Source: Armatimonadota bacterium (lineage in GTDB: Bacteria > Armatimonadota > SYMT01). From it: DNA of 64,000 nucleotides. The stretch spans positions 64,001 to 128,000 of the forward strand of contig JAWLHY010000010.1 of NCBI GenBank assembly GCA_041690135.1. Reading direction: 5' to 3'. A model generated the notes under the pieces. The model searched no databases and was not told the DNA's origin. It was given only the letters and a program-made list of their open reading frames with translations. The position numbers and the translations under genes were made by a program. Positions 19,474 through 29,912 of this stretch are shown piece by piece; positions within the stretch are counted from its first letter, which is position 1; the number at the start of each line of letters is the position of its first letter.

Positions 19474-20805
19474 CTACACTTCCCGGACGCGGGCGGCGAT
19501 GTCGGAGCGGTAGTGCGCCTGGTCGAACGTGATGGACCGCACGCCGGCATAGGCCCGGTCCGTGGCTTCGGCGAAGGTGGCGCCGACGCCGGTGACGCTC
19601 AAGACCCGTCCGCCAGCGGTAACAATGCCGCCCTCCCGCTCCGCCGTGCCGGCGTGGAACACCGTCACACCGGGAAACCCGGCGGCCGATTCCAGCCCGG
19701 AGATCGGCTTGCCGGTTTCGTAGTCCCCGGGATAGCCCCCGCTGGCCATCACTACGGTAACGGCGCGACCCTCGGGGCCGGACTTCCACGGCACTTCCGA
19801 TTCCACCAACTCCCCGCTTGCCACGGCCAGGAAGAGCTCCACCAGGTCGGCATCCAGGAGGGGCAGGACCACCTGCGTCTCCGGATCGCCGAACCGGCAG
19901 TTGAACTCGATCACCTTCAGGCCGTCCGCCGTGAGCATCAGGCCGGCGTAGAGGCAGCCCCGGAAGGGCGTGCCGTCTTCGCGCAGCCCCCGCAGGGTCG
20001 GGCGGACGATGCGGTCGAGCGCGTCCTGCAGGAGCTCCGGCGTGACGACCGGCGCGGGGGCGTAGCAGCCCATGCCGCCGGTGAGGATCTCGTAGTCGCC
20101 GGCCCAAAGGCTGCGGTCGTTGTCGAAGGCGCGCTTGTAGTCCTGCGCGGGCGGCAGCGGCAACACATGCTCGCCATCCGTGAGGACCAGGAGACTCGCC
20201 TCCGGACCGGAAATCCGCTCCTCGATCACGATCTCCGCCCCGGCCGCGCCAAAGGAGTGGTCGACGAGCATATCGCGGACGGCGGTCCGCGCCTGTTCCA
20301 GGTTGTCGCAGACGATGGAGCCCTTGCCCGCGGCCAGGCCGCTGGCCTTCACCACGGCCGAGGTCGCGCCCCGTGCGGCGAGGTCGTCCAGGAACGCGAG
20401 GGCGGGCTCGGCTTCCTGGAACCGCGCGAAGGCGGGTTGGGGCACCTCCATCCGCGCCATGAGGTCCCGCGCGTAGGCTTTGCTGCTCTCGATGCGGGCG
20501 GCAGCGGCGCTCGGCCCAAACACCGGAATCCCGGCCTCCGCGAGGCGATCCGCCAGGCCGGCCGCGAGGGGCGCTTCCGGGCCCACGACCACCAGCCCAA
20601 TGGCGTTCTCGCGAGCGAATTCCACCTGGCGGTCCAGGTCGCCGACCGGAATCGGCACGCACTCGGCCACCCCGCGCATGCCGGCGTTCCCGGGCGCGGC
20701 GAAGAGGCGGCCACACCGCGGGGACTGTCGCAGCTTCCACGCCAGCGCGTGCTCGCGGCCCCCACCCCCCACTACCAGAATATCGATCTGATCCATAGCT
20801 TCCAT
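19474..20805 (-). CDS. purD: Phosphoribosylamine-glycine ligase
   Basis: GGGGREHAL, VVGPEAPL, KASGLAAGKG, EFNCRFGDPETQ, GGRVL. Confidence 0.97.
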   Translation of the reverse strand: MEAMDQIDILVVGGGGREHALAWKLRQSPRCGRLFAAPGNAGMRGVAECVPIPVGDLDRQVEFARENAIGLVVVGPEAPLAAGLADRLAEAGIPVFGPSAAAARIESSKAYARDLMARMEVPQPAFARFQEAEPALAFLDDLAARGATSAVVKASGLAAGKGSIVCDNLEQARTAVRDMLVDHSFGAAGAEIVIEERISGPEASLLVLTDGEHVLPLPPAQDYKRAFDNDRSLWAGDYEILTGGMGCYAPAPVVTPELLQDALDRIVRPTLRGLREDGTPFRGCLYAGLMLTADGLKVIEFNCRFGDPETQVVLPLLDADLVELFLAVASGELVESEVPWKSGPEGRAVTVVMASGGYPGDYETGKPISGLESAAGFPGVTVFHAGTAEREGGIVTAGGRVLSVTGVGATFAEATDRAYAGVRSITFDQAHYRSDIAARVREV

Positions 20806-20882
20806 CTACCGGACGACGGTCGTCCGTCGGTCCCCGTTGTTATAGCGCACCGGGTTGAGGGAAGAGGACCGGGAATGGCTCG

Positions 20883-20905
20883 CGCAAAGCCGCAAAGGCG
20901 CCAAG
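20883..20905 (+). repeat. CGCAAAG-n octamer tandem (family also at 22709 and 23278)
   Basis: CGCAAAGC CGCAAAGG CGCCAAG; 22709: CGCAAAGA CGCAAAGG CGCAAAG; 23278: CGCAAAGG CGCAAGAG. Confidence 0.7.
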
Positions 20906-21050
20906 AGGAAAAGAGGAAAGGGGCAACTTCGTTGTTCGCTCGTTCCGTGTACGGGACGTTCGGGCCTACGGCGATCCCCAACCAGGACGACGTGCGTAGG
21001 AGCCAGAACCAACTGTAGGTGGGTACGGAGGAAAATTCAGGAGGTGAGCC

Positions 21051-21905
21051 GTGGAGCAGAAGGGATACCGAATCCGGACGATGGGGCGGGAGGACCTCGA
21101 CTTTGCCCTTGAACTGGCGAACCAGGAGGGCTGGAACCCGGGCCTCGCCGACGCGAAGTGTTTCTACCAGGCCGATCCGGATGGGTTCTTCGTGGGCGAG
21201 GTGGAGGGTGAGCCGATCGGGTGTATCTCGGCCGTCTCGTACGGTGAAAAGTTCGGATTCATTGGCCTCTACATCGTCGCGCCCCCGCATCGCGGCCGGG
21301 GCTACGGCCTTCAACTGTGGCGGCACGCGATGCAGTACCTGAAGGGCCACAATATCGGGCTCGATGGGGTGGTCGCGCAGCAGGACAACTATCGGAAGTC
21401 GGGCTTCAAGCTGGCCCACCGAAATGTGCGGTATGCTGGCCGCGCCGAGGCGGCAGAACCGGTCCCCCAAACCCCTATCGTTCCGGCCGCCACCGTTCCC
21501 TTCGAAAGACTGGCCGCCTACGACCGCACGGCCTTCCCCGCCGGGCGCGACCGCTTTCTCCAATCGTGGTTGGGAGTTCCCGGAGGCACCGCCCTGGCGT
21601 GGCACGACGGCGACACCCTCTCCGGGTACGGCGTGGTCCGGCCTTGCCGGCAGGGCTTCAAAGTCGGTCCCCTCTTCGCCGACACTCCCGAGGTTGCGGA
21701 GGCCCTCCTGCGCGCGCTGATCGCGGAGATCCCCGTGGGAAGTGACCTGTTCCTCGACGTCCCCGAACCCAATACCGAGGCCGTGAACCTCGCGCGTCGG
21801 CACGGGATGCAGCCGGTGTTCGAAACGGCCCGGATGTACACCGGCGAGGACCCGGCCCTGCCGCTAGAGCGGATCTTCGGGATCACCACCTTCGAGCTGG
21901 GTTGA
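21051..21905 (+). CDS. GNAT N-acetyltransferase (YitH/HolE-like, two domains)
   Basis: RBS AGGAGG; EGWNPG, FIGLYIV...RGRGYG, GLDGVVAQQDNY, VFETARMY, ITTFELG. Confidence 0.92.
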   Translation: MEQKGYRIRTMGREDLDFALELANQEGWNPGLADAKCFYQADPDGFFVGEVEGEPIGCISAVSYGEKFGFIGLYIVAPPHRGRGYGLQLWRHAMQYLKGHNIGLDGVVAQQDNYRKSGFKLAHRNVRYAGRAEAAEPVPQTPIVPAATVPFERLAAYDRTAFPAGRDRFLQSWLGVPGGTALAWHDGDTLSGYGVVRPCRQGFKVGPLFADTPEVAEALLRALIAEIPVGSDLFLDVPEPNTEAVNLARRHGMQPVFETARMYTGEDPALPLERIFGITTFELG

Positions 21906-21983
21906 TGAATGCTTTCCGTATGCGGTTGAGGGGAGCCACAGATCTCACAGATGAGACTTGCACGTCGCGGGTAGCAAGTCAGT

Positions 21984-22841
21984 ATGGCTACTCACATCGG
22001 GACTTCGGGGTGGAGCTACGACCACTGGGTTGACATCGTCTACCCGCGGCGGGCGTCGTCGCTGGAGCGGCTGGACCGGTATGCCGAGCGGTTCGGGACG
22101 GTGGAGGTGAACTTCACCTACTACCGCTGGCCGCAAGACTCGACTTTCACAACGTGGCGGGAGCGGGCGCCGGAGGGGTTTCTTTTCTCGGTAAAGGCGT
22201 CGCGGGGGATCACCCACTTCGCGAAGCTGCGGGACCCGAGCCAATGGCTGGAGAAGATGGGCCGGGGCCTGGAACAACTCGGCGACCGGATGGGCGTGCT
22301 GCTGTTCCAGCTTCCCGCCGCCTTCCCCTGCGACCTGGAGCGCCTGGAGTCGTTCCTGGAGGAACTGCCGGACTGGTATCGGAGCGCCATCGAATTCCGG
22401 CACCCGAGTTGGGACCGGGAAGAGGTGTACCAGCTCCTTGAGCAGTATGGGGTCGGCTACTGCGTGATGAGCGGGGCCGGTCTGCCATGCGTGCTCCGTG
22501 CCACCGCACACTTCGTGTACGTGCGCCTACACGGGCCGGATCCACACCACCTCTACGGCGGCTCCTATTCGGAGGAGGATATGCGCTGGTGGGCGGAGCG
22601 GATCGCCGAGTGGGAGGCCCAGGGTCGCGACGTGTGGGCCTACTTCAACAACGACTGGGAGGGGAACGCCGTGCGAAACGCGGAGACGCTGTTGAAGGAG
22701 GTGTCTCTCGCAAAGACGCAAAGGCGCAAAGAAGAAGGGGAAAGAGGGAGAGCCACGGATTTCACAGATTTGGAAGCGATTGAGGAGCGCGAGAGAAGGG
22801 TGGATGGCCGTGAAGTGAGCGGGGTGGGAAAGTGGGGGTGA
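21984..22841 (+). CDS. DUF72 family protein (C-terminus extended through repeats)
   Basis: IGTSGWSY, VEVNFTYY, LFQLP, EFRHPSW, YVRLHG, YFNND. Confidence 0.93.
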   Translation: MATHIGTSGWSYDHWVDIVYPRRASSLERLDRYAERFGTVEVNFTYYRWPQDSTFTTWRERAPEGFLFSVKASRGITHFAKLRDPSQWLEKMGRGLEQLGDRMGVLLFQLPAAFPCDLERLESFLEELPDWYRSAIEFRHPSWDREEVYQLLEQYGVGYCVMSGAGLPCVLRATAHFVYVRLHGPDPHHLYGGSYSEEDMRWWAERIAEWEAQGRDVWAYFNNDWEGNAVRNAETLLKEVSLAKTQRRKEEGERGRATDFTDLEAIEERERRVDGREVSGVGKWG

Positions 22842-22941
22842 CGCGGGTGGGCTGCGTGGCGTATACGGAGGCTGGGAGGTGTGCCCGGCGGTGGGCGGTC
22901 TTCCCGGAACTATTCGTTTCCCCTGTGCAGCACTGGAGTTG

Positions 22942-23262
22942 ATGATGAAGAAGTCTTGTGCCCTGGTTTTGACGATCGCCGCGCTGACCGTGACCGCTCC
23001 GATGACCGTTCATGCCGCCAAGAAGCCGGCCGTGAAGAAGTCCGGCGTGGCGGTGGCGAAGCTGAAGATCACGGGGATGCACTGCGAGGGCTGCGCGATG
23101 GGGATCACGCGGCAGGTGCAGAAGGTGAAGGGCGTGAAGACCGCCAAGATCGACCACGCGAAGTCGCTGGGGACCATCGAGTACGACCCGAGCGCGTGCA
23201 AGCCGGCGGACCTGCTGGCGGCGGTGAAGAAAAGCGGCTACAAGGCGTCGTTGCTGAAGTAA
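22942..23262 (+). CDS. Periplasmic heavy-metal-associated (HMA; CopZ/MerP-like) protein
   Basis: Signal peptide followed by ITGMHCEGCA metal-binding motif; GYKA at the end. Confidence 0.9.
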   Translation: MMKKSCALVLTIAALTVTAPMTVHAAKKPAVKKSGVAVAKLKITGMHCEGCAMGITRQVQKVKGVKTAKIDHAKSLGTIEYDPSACKPADLLAAVKKSGYKASLLK

Positions 23263-23532
23263 CGGGCGGGACCTCACCGCAAAGGCGCAAGAGCCGCCGA
23301 GGGCCGCAAGGAAAAGCAAGAAATGGCAGTTGCGGATGGCTGGCTGGTACTGCCGGGTGCCACTCGCAGAAGGCTGATCTTGAGCTCTGTGCGGCTGCCA
23401 CGAAATCCGTAACAGAGTTCCAACTTGATGGAAACATCCGTGCCTGCGTCGGCAGGTACCCCGAAGGGAATGGGAGCGACGCGGATTTATCCCGTCGCGA
23501 GTCGTGGACGGGCGTAACAGCCCGTGGTAACG

Positions 23533-23574
23533 AAGGGCCCGGCAGTGTGTGGGAAGATGCACTGCCGAGCCCTT
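23533..23574 (-). terminator. Hairpin downstream of fucI
   Basis: Minus strand AAGGGCTCGGCAGTG...CACTGCCGGGCCCTT, 17 bp after the fucI stop; U-tract weak. Confidence 0.6.
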
Positions 23575-23591
23575 GTGGTGGGGCTGGGGGA

Positions 23592-25424
23592 TCAGCGGTA
23601 GAGGGGGCCGTAGGTGGCGCAGGCGCGGTAATCGGCGGCCTGGGGTTCGAGGGAGCCGAAGCGCGCCCAGGAGCTGGGGCGGAAGACCCGATCGTTGGGC
23701 ACGTTGTGCATGTCGACGGGAATCCGCAGCAGGGAGGCGAGGGAGATCAGGTCGCCGCCGATGTGGCCATAGCTGATGGCGCCGTGGTTGGCGCCCCAGG
23801 CGTTCATCACGGAGTAGACGTCCGTGAACGGCCCGGCCCCGGTGAGGGTGGGTACGAACCAGGTGGTGGGCCAGGTGGGGTTGGTCCGCTCGTCCAGGAT
23901 GTCGTGGACGTTTTCCGGCAGGTCCACGGACCAGCCTTCGGCGATCTGGAGGACCGGGCCGAGACCCTTCACCAGGTTAAGACGGAACATGGTCACCGGC
24001 ATGCCGCCGAGGGTGAGGAAGTCGGTGGACCAGCCGCCGCCGGGGAAATACTCCACCATCGAGGTACACCACTGGGTGTGGTCGAGGCAGGCCGCGGCTT
24101 CCTCGGGGGAGATCTCCCAGAACGGCTTTACCGCCGGCTGACCGTTACGGCTCTGGCGACCGGTCCAATCGAGGGCGGCCGGGCCGGAGTTGATGAGGTG
24201 GAGGATGCCGCCCTCGGCGCGCCCCGTGAGGCGATGGCCGGTGACGCGCTCCACTGCCGCGGGGCTCCAGTAGGTCCGCACGTCGGCGAAGAGCTGCGCG
24301 GTGCCGGTGAGCAGGTGCCCGAAGAGCATGGAGGCGCCGTTGAGGGCATCGTTCTCCGTGGCGCAGATGTAGGGCTGGCGGATGCCGTTCCAATCGAACG
24401 AGGTGTTCAGGATCGCTTCCGGGAAGTCCCCGTTCGGGTAGAAGTCGGTCCACTGCCGCTGGCCCTGGAAGCCGCTGGCCAGGGCGTTGTGCCCTTCCGC
24501 CTCTTCCGCGAAGCCCATCTCGGCCAGCTTCGGGTTACCGACCATCAGGTCGCGCGCGATGAGCGCCATCTTGACGGAGGTTTCCCAGTCCTGGTCCTTC
24601 TGGGCGCGGCTGCGCTGCTTCTCCGGCTCGTTGCGGTCCGCGCCTTCCGGGCAGTTCTCCTTCACCCAGGCGAGGGCCCGCTGGTATTCCTCGCGGTCAT
24701 AGATCTCGCGGTCCATGCGGCGGGCGAACTCCGTCATGTCGATCGTCTCGGTCCGCATTCCCAGGTAGTCCTGGAAGAACTCCTGGTCCACGATCGAGCC
24801 GGCGATCCCCATCGAGACCCCGCCCATCGCCAGGTACGAGGTACCGCGCATGGTGGCGACCGCCAGGCCGGCGCGGGCGAACTGCAGCAGCTTGGCCTGC
24901 ACGTCGGCGGGAATGGAGGTGTCCGTGGTGTCCTGGACGTCCTGCCCGTAGATCCCGAAGGCCGGGAGCCCCTTCTGGCTGTGGCCGGCCAGGACCGCCG
25001 CCAGGTAGACCGCACCCGGCCGCTCCGTGCCGTTGAACCCCCACACCGCCTTCGGGATGAGCGGGTCCATATCCATCGTTTCGGAGCCGTAACACCAGCA
25101 GGGCGTCAGGGTGATGGAGACCCCCACCCCTTCCCGCTTGAACTTCTCGGCGCACTTCGCGGCTTCGGAAACGCCGCCGATGCAGGTATCGGCGATCACG
25201 ACTTCCACGGGCAGGCCGCAGGCGTGGCGGAGGTGGTCGCGCAGCAGCGTGGCGGCGTTCTGCGCCATGCCCATCGTCTGCCCTTCGAGGGATTCGCGGA
25301 CCCCGCCGAGCCGCCCGTCGATGGTCGGTCGGATGCCAATTTTGGGCAGGGCGCCGCGCATGCGGTTTACGGGGGTATTCAATTTCAAGCTCTGGATATT
25401 TGCCAAGGTCGTAGGCCCTTTCAC
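23592..25424 (-). CDS. fucI: L-fucose isomerase
   Basis: [54 protein letters not shown]. Confidence 0.96.
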   Translation of the reverse strand: MKGPTTLANIQSLKLNTPVNRMRGALPKIGIRPTIDGRLGGVRESLEGQTMGMAQNAATLLRDHLRHACGLPVEVVIADTCIGGVSEAAKCAEKFKREGVGVSITLTPCWCYGSETMDMDPLIPKAVWGFNGTERPGAVYLAAVLAGHSQKGLPAFGIYGQDVQDTTDTSIPADVQAKLLQFARAGLAVATMRGTSYLAMGGVSMGIAGSIVDQEFFQDYLGMRTETIDMTEFARRMDREIYDREEYQRALAWVKENCPEGADRNEPEKQRSRAQKDQDWETSVKMALIARDLMVGNPKLAEMGFAEEAEGHNALASGFQGQRQWTDFYPNGDFPEAILNTSFDWNGIRQPYICATENDALNGASMLFGHLLTGTAQLFADVRTYWSPAAVERVTGHRLTGRAEGGILHLINSGPAALDWTGRQSRNGQPAVKPFWEISPEEAAACLDHTQWCTSMVEYFPGGGWSTDFLTLGGMPVTMFRLNLVKGLGPVLQIAEGWSVDLPENVHDILDERTNPTWPTTWFVPTLTGAGPFTDVYSVMNAWGANHGAISYGHIGGDLISLASLLRIPVDMHNVPNDRVFRPSSWARFGSLEPQAADYRACATYGPLYR

Positions 25425-25580
25425 CGCCCGGAGGCACTCCGCCGGCAGCCGTGCCGGGTGGCGGTGATCTTCAATCCCGAAAACATGTGGGGTGGGTGGT
25501 CCGAAGAGGGCGGCTGGTGCTCGACCGCGGCTCCGTTCCGGGTAAATCCTTCGCGCCGGAACCTCACGGTCCCTCCCCCA

Positions 25581-25970
25581 TCAGGAATGCCACTCGGGAA
25601 CACGGGCGAGGAGGCGGCTCACCCGCTCCTCCAGTGCGGCGGCGTCCACGAGCTTGCCGCTCCACCGGGCCGGGATGGCGTCATAGCCGAATCGAGCCCC
25701 GAGAAGAGCGCCGGCCACGGAGGCATTCGTGTCGGCGTCTCCACCCTCGTGAACGACCCTCAGCACGCCGTCCTCGAAGGTAGTGGCGTGAAGCATGGCC
25801 CAGAAGCCGGCGCCGAGTGCCTTGAGCGTATACCCGATCCGGTTGGTGCCACCGGGCTCGAGCCCCTCGTCCAATTGCCAGGCCTCCAGCGGCTGATGCA
25901 GTGCGGTGGTCAGGGTCTCGCTCACCCGGGAATCGTACTCTCCAACCTCTTCGGCCAGTGTAGCAGCCAT
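25581..25970 (-). pseudogene. C-terminal half of an ADP-ribosylglycohydrolase (DraG/ARH family)
   Basis: GGDADTNASVAGALLGARFGYDAIPARW is the ARH C-terminal motif; the N-terminal GDALG and TDD motifs are absent; about 129 aa. Confidence 0.75.
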
Positions 25971-26755
25971 CAAGGGCGAAGTCCCGTGCTGCGAAGCAGG
26001 TCATTCACCCAGGCCTCGTCCGCCAAATGCAGCGGCTCGCGCGGTGGCTGCCGGTAGTCCAGCCGAACCGGATAGGCGCCTTCATCGTAACACTCACTGA
26101 ACGCTGCCGGGAGATCGAGAACAACATCCGGATCCGGTGAGCGGAGCGGAATCCGGATGAGAGGGAGACGGTCCCGTAGAGTAAAGGAATAAACTTCCGC
26201 CCGGTCGCGTGCGGAAGCCCGGTTGACGCTGATCAGGTAATCGAGCGGAGGGAGTGATTGGAGACTACCCGGCGGAACGTGAGCGACCGAAGGGGCTCGC
26301 CGGAGCAGGTCGATCTCCACCAGGTTAGCTCGGCTTGCCAGCACCTGCTCCTGTTTGGCCCGGTACTCGGCGCGCCCGCGGCCCGCACTGCTCTTATTCG
26401 TGGGGCTGATGAGCTCAAGGACCGTCACCACCTCGTGCGAGCCGACGGATCGAATCTCGAGATAAGGCTCCCGCACCTCCAGATTGAACAGCAACACCGT
26501 GGGCTCATCGGCCACCAGTGTGGCGGCCCCTCCCCGTTCGGCGGCCGGTCTTGGCACCTGCAACACAGTCACATCCGGACTGATGACGTTCTGTACGTCC
26601 TCGACGTACAAGCGCTCCGAAAGACTCGAAAAGTAACGGGGTGGCAAGTAGGGGCGAAGATGGCGGTCGATCGCTGCGATCAGCCGAAAATGCACGTCCG
26701 GCCAAAGGGCCGGATCTTCCAGATAGGGATCCATTCCAGGAAAAGGACTGGGCAT
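25970..26755 (-). CDS. DUF4058 family protein
   Basis: MPSPFPGMDPYLE, VLELISPTNK, NLVEIDLLR, IPLRSPD. Confidence 0.92.
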   Translation of the reverse strand: MPSPFPGMDPYLEDPALWPDVHFRLIAAIDRHLRPYLPPRYFSSLSERLYVEDVQNVISPDVTVLQVPRPAAERGGAATLVADEPTVLLFNLEVREPYLEIRSVGSHEVVTVLELISPTNKSSAGRGRAEYRAKQEQVLASRANLVEIDLLRRAPSVAHVPPGSLQSLPPLDYLISVNRASARDRAEVYSFTLRDRLPLIRIPLRSPDPDVVLDLPAAFSECYDEGAYPVRLDYRQPPREPLHLADEAWVNDLLRSTGLRP

Positions 26756-26823
26756 CGCTCTCTCGCCTCCTGAATTCAATCCAAGCATACCCGGAGGACC
26801 GCCACGCGACGACCCCCGCGACC

Positions 26824-28749
26824 TTACGGTAGGGCGAAGGCGACAAAGACATCCCCCGCCGGGGTCGCGAGCTTGCCCCCGCCGGCCGCCGCGATGGCCA
26901 CGTAATGCTTGCCGTTAACCGCATAGGTGCAGGGGGTGGCGTACCCTCCGAACGGCAACTTGTACTCCCATAACTCCTTGCCGGTCTTTTTATCGAAGGC
27001 ACGGAACATCTCGTCCTTGGTGCCGGCCGCGAAAACGAGACCCCCCGCGGTGACGATGGTCCCGCCCAGGTTCTCGGTTCCGGTGGGCGGCAGGCCTTTG
27101 CGGGTCAACTCGGGGAACTCGCCCAGCGGGATCTGCCAGCGGAACTCGCCCCTGTTCAGGTCGATGGCGGTAAGGTTCCCCCACGGCGGCTTCACGGCGG
27201 GATAACCGAACTGGTCGTGGAAGCGGCCGTAGCCGGTGTTGCGGTACGGATCCCGCGAACCGGAGGCCGTCTTTTCCAGGTGGTGCTCCCGGGGGATGTT
27301 GTTGGAGTTCACGTAGAGCGTGCCGGTGGTCGGGTCGAAGGAGGCCCCGGACCAGGTGGCGCCCCCAAAGAAGCCGGGGAAACGGATGGTCGGCTGGAAG
27401 CCCGTCGGGGTGAAGATGGGGCCGTACTTCATGCCCTGGATCTTCTCCGAAACGTATCGGCGCGATTCCGGAGAGATGTTGGTGACCTCTTCCGGCCCGA
27501 ACCCCTGGCGGGAGAAGGGCGGCGGCTTGAGGGGGAAGACCTGGGTCGGCCAGGCCGCCTCTCCCGGAATGTCCGAAGGCGGGACGGAACGCTCTTCCAT
27601 GGGAAACAGCGGCTCGCCGGTCTTGCGGTCGAGCACGAAGCAATAGCCGGTCTTGGTCACCTGGGCCACCGCTTCCCGGAGCCGGCCGTTCTGCCGGACG
27701 GTGCAGACGACCGGCGGGCAGGGGTTGTCGTAGTCCCACAAGTCGTGGCGGACCACCTGGTAGTGCCAGAGACGTTTTCCGGTGTTCGCATCCAGGGCAA
27801 TGATGCAGTTGCCGAACAGGTTCCGCCCCTTGCGGTCCCCTCCGTAGAAGTCGAAGGCCGGAGATCCGGTGCCGACGAAGACGATCTCGTTCCGGGTATC
27901 GACGGTGGCGCCGCTCCAGGAGTTGCAGCCGCCCCGCTCCTTCCAGGTGTCCGTTGCCCACGTGTCGTGCCCGTACTCACCCGGCCGGGGGACCGTATGG
28001 AAGCGCCACACCTCCTTGCCGGTACGAACGTCGAACGCGCGCACGTCGCCCGGAGCGCCGGGGCCCGTCCCCTCGCCGTTCGCAAATCCCAGGATCGCCA
28101 GGTCGCGATAGATGGCGGGCGGCGAGGTGCAGCCGTAGGGCAACCTGCTGATGTCCCGCTCGATGCCGGCCCGGAGGTCCACCTCTCCACCCTTTCCGAA
28201 CGCCGGGTCCGGCTTCCCGGTGTGCGCGTCGAGCGAGAGGAGCCGGCCGTCCGCCGTCCCCATCAGGACCCGCCGGAGACCGTTCGGCTTGCCGTCCGAC
28301 CAGTAGCTCACGCCCCGGTTCACCCCGCCGGACGCGATGATCTGGCCCGGGCGGGGACGCGCGAAGGGATCGTACTTCCACCGCTCCTTGCCGGTCGCGG
28401 CATCCAACGCGACGATCTTGACCCGCGGGCTGCAGGTGGTGACGTACATCCAGCCGTCCACTACCACCGGGGTGCACTCGATGTTCGTCAACTTCTGGGG
28501 ATCGGCGTCACCCGTGTGATAGCTCCAGGCCGGCTTGAGTTTCCGGACGTTCTTGCGGTTGATCTGATCGAGGCGTGAGTACCGCGTGCCTTCGCGGTCG
28601 CCGTTCGTCGCCAGCCAATCGGCGCGCACCCCGATGGGGTCAGGCATGGGCGCCTGCGCGGCGGCGGCCCCGGCGAGAAGGCCGAGGGAGACGAGAGCTA
28701 GTCTTGAAGTACGAGGTGTGAGGTGCGAGGTGCGAAATATCCGACGCAT
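26824..28749 (-). CDS. PQQ-dependent (quinoprotein glucose-type) dehydrogenase, secreted
   Basis: RYSRLDQIN, Trp-docking beta-propeller repeats, HDLWDYD, PPWGNLTAIDL, GGYATP.TY. Confidence 0.93.
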   Translation of the reverse strand: MRRIFRTSHLTPRTSRLALVSLGLLAGAAAAQAPMPDPIGVRADWLATNGDREGTRYSRLDQINRKNVRKLKPAWSYHTGDADPQKLTNIECTPVVVDGWMYVTTCSPRVKIVALDAATGKERWKYDPFARPRPGQIIASGGVNRGVSYWSDGKPNGLRRVLMGTADGRLLSLDAHTGKPDPAFGKGGEVDLRAGIERDISRLPYGCTSPPAIYRDLAILGFANGEGTGPGAPGDVRAFDVRTGKEVWRFHTVPRPGEYGHDTWATDTWKERGGCNSWSGATVDTRNEIVFVGTGSPAFDFYGGDRKGRNLFGNCIIALDANTGKRLWHYQVVRHDLWDYDNPCPPVVCTVRQNGRLREAVAQVTKTGYCFVLDRKTGEPLFPMEERSVPPSDIPGEAAWPTQVFPLKPPPFSRQGFGPEEVTNISPESRRYVSEKIQGMKYGPIFTPTGFQPTIRFPGFFGGATWSGASFDPTTGTLYVNSNNIPREHHLEKTASGSRDPYRNTGYGRFHDQFGYPAVKPPWGNLTAIDLNRGEFRWQIPLGEFPELTRKGLPPTGTENLGGTIVTAGGLVFAAGTKDEMFRAFDKKTGKELWEYKLPFGGYATPCTYAVNGKHYVAIAAAGGGKLATPAGDVFVAFALP

Positions 28750-28868
28750 GAGCAGGACCGGTTCCCAGTGTCGTAGAGCTTACCTGTACTTTCGGTCGCG
28801 GGTGCGCAATCTCCCTGCTTCCGGACGCGTGGGGCGCCGGTTGAGAGTACACAGTAGACTGGTGAGTG

Positions 28869-29843
28869 ATGCTGGAACTTCTCTTCCTGCTACTGGGCCT
28901 GGGGTTCGCGGTCGCGGGGATTCGCCTGCAACGCTGGGGTGCGTCTCGCCGGGCTTTAGCGCGCTGTGCCGCGGCCATAGGAGCGGCATGGATGCTGCTG
29001 CTCGGTTTCGTGGGACTCGCAGCGGCAGGATGGCGGTTCTGGTTCACCCACCGGCCCCAGCCCGCTCCGATCACGAGACAGCTCTTCCCGGGAGTGCACT
29101 ACGAGCGCCTGACGCGGAAGAGCCCCCGAGCTCAGGTGATTCACCTGGTGCGGATCCCGCTCGCCCGGCCGGGAATCCGTTTCCTGGTGACCCCCGCGGA
29201 TGCGGTTACAGGTGGAGAGGTGCGCGCGCGGACCACTTCCCAGTTCCTGCGGGAGAGTGGAGTGCAGATCGCAATCAATGCGGCGGCCTTCTCGCCCTGG
29301 TGGTCGAACACGCCGTGGGACTACTACCCGCACGTGGGAGACCCCGTGGACGTGCACGGGCTCGCGGTTTCCGACGGGCGCCGCTACTCGGAACCCTCCG
29401 AAAAGCACCCCGCCTTCGGTATCACTCGCCAGAACCGGGTCCGCTTCGACGACCTGAAGGACGCCCATAACGCCTGTTCGGGAAAGAGCCCTCTCCTCCG
29501 CGCCGGGAAGCCGGTGGACTGGCCGATTCGGGTCGATGCGGGGGATGAGCCGCATCCACGTACGGCGGTGGCGGTGGACCGGGAAGAGAAGGAGTTGCTG
29601 CTGGTGTTGGTGGATGGGCGCCAACCGAATTACAGTGAAGGGGCCACGCGAGCGGAACTGGCCGAGATTGTGAGGGAGGCCGGCGGCTACCACGCGCTGA
29701 ACCTCGACGGAGGCGGGTCCACGGCGCTCGTCATCGAAGGCCCGGATGGGAAGCCGGCCCAGCTCAACACTCCCATCGACAATTACCTTCCGGGCCGCGA
29801 ACGACCCGTCGCCAACCACCTGGGGGTGTTCGTTCCACGCTGA
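28869..29843 (+). CDS. Phosphodiester glycosidase (NAGPA/DUF2233) family membrane protein
   Basis: AINA, HPRTAVA, VDGRQ, NLDGGGST, ERPVAN. Confidence 0.9.
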   Translation: MLELLFLLLGLGFAVAGIRLQRWGASRRALARCAAAIGAAWMLLLGFVGLAAAGWRFWFTHRPQPAPITRQLFPGVHYERLTRKSPRAQVIHLVRIPLARPGIRFLVTPADAVTGGEVRARTTSQFLRESGVQIAINAAAFSPWWSNTPWDYYPHVGDPVDVHGLAVSDGRRYSEPSEKHPAFGITRQNRVRFDDLKDAHNACSGKSPLLRAGKPVDWPIRVDAGDEPHPRTAVAVDREEKELLLVLVDGRQPNYSEGATRAELAEIVREAGGYHALNLDGGGSTALVIEGPDGKPAQLNTPIDNYLPGRERPVANHLGVFVPR

Positions 29844-29912
29844 GGATTTGCGGGGCGATGGATCGCCGCGACCCGATAATCTGCTCGGTAACTACCGGAG
29901 ACAAAGAAGAGC

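Noticed and set aside
20806-21050. ZTP or purine riboswitch upstream of purD (and of purS)
   Set aside because: No GACTGGCG...GCCTGGGC or guanine-aptamer pattern found; only a possible -10 element (TATAAC).
22881-26057. 1058-aa plus-strand ORF
   Set aside because: Antisense shadow of fucI and neighbours, with no motifs; typical of high-GC DNA.
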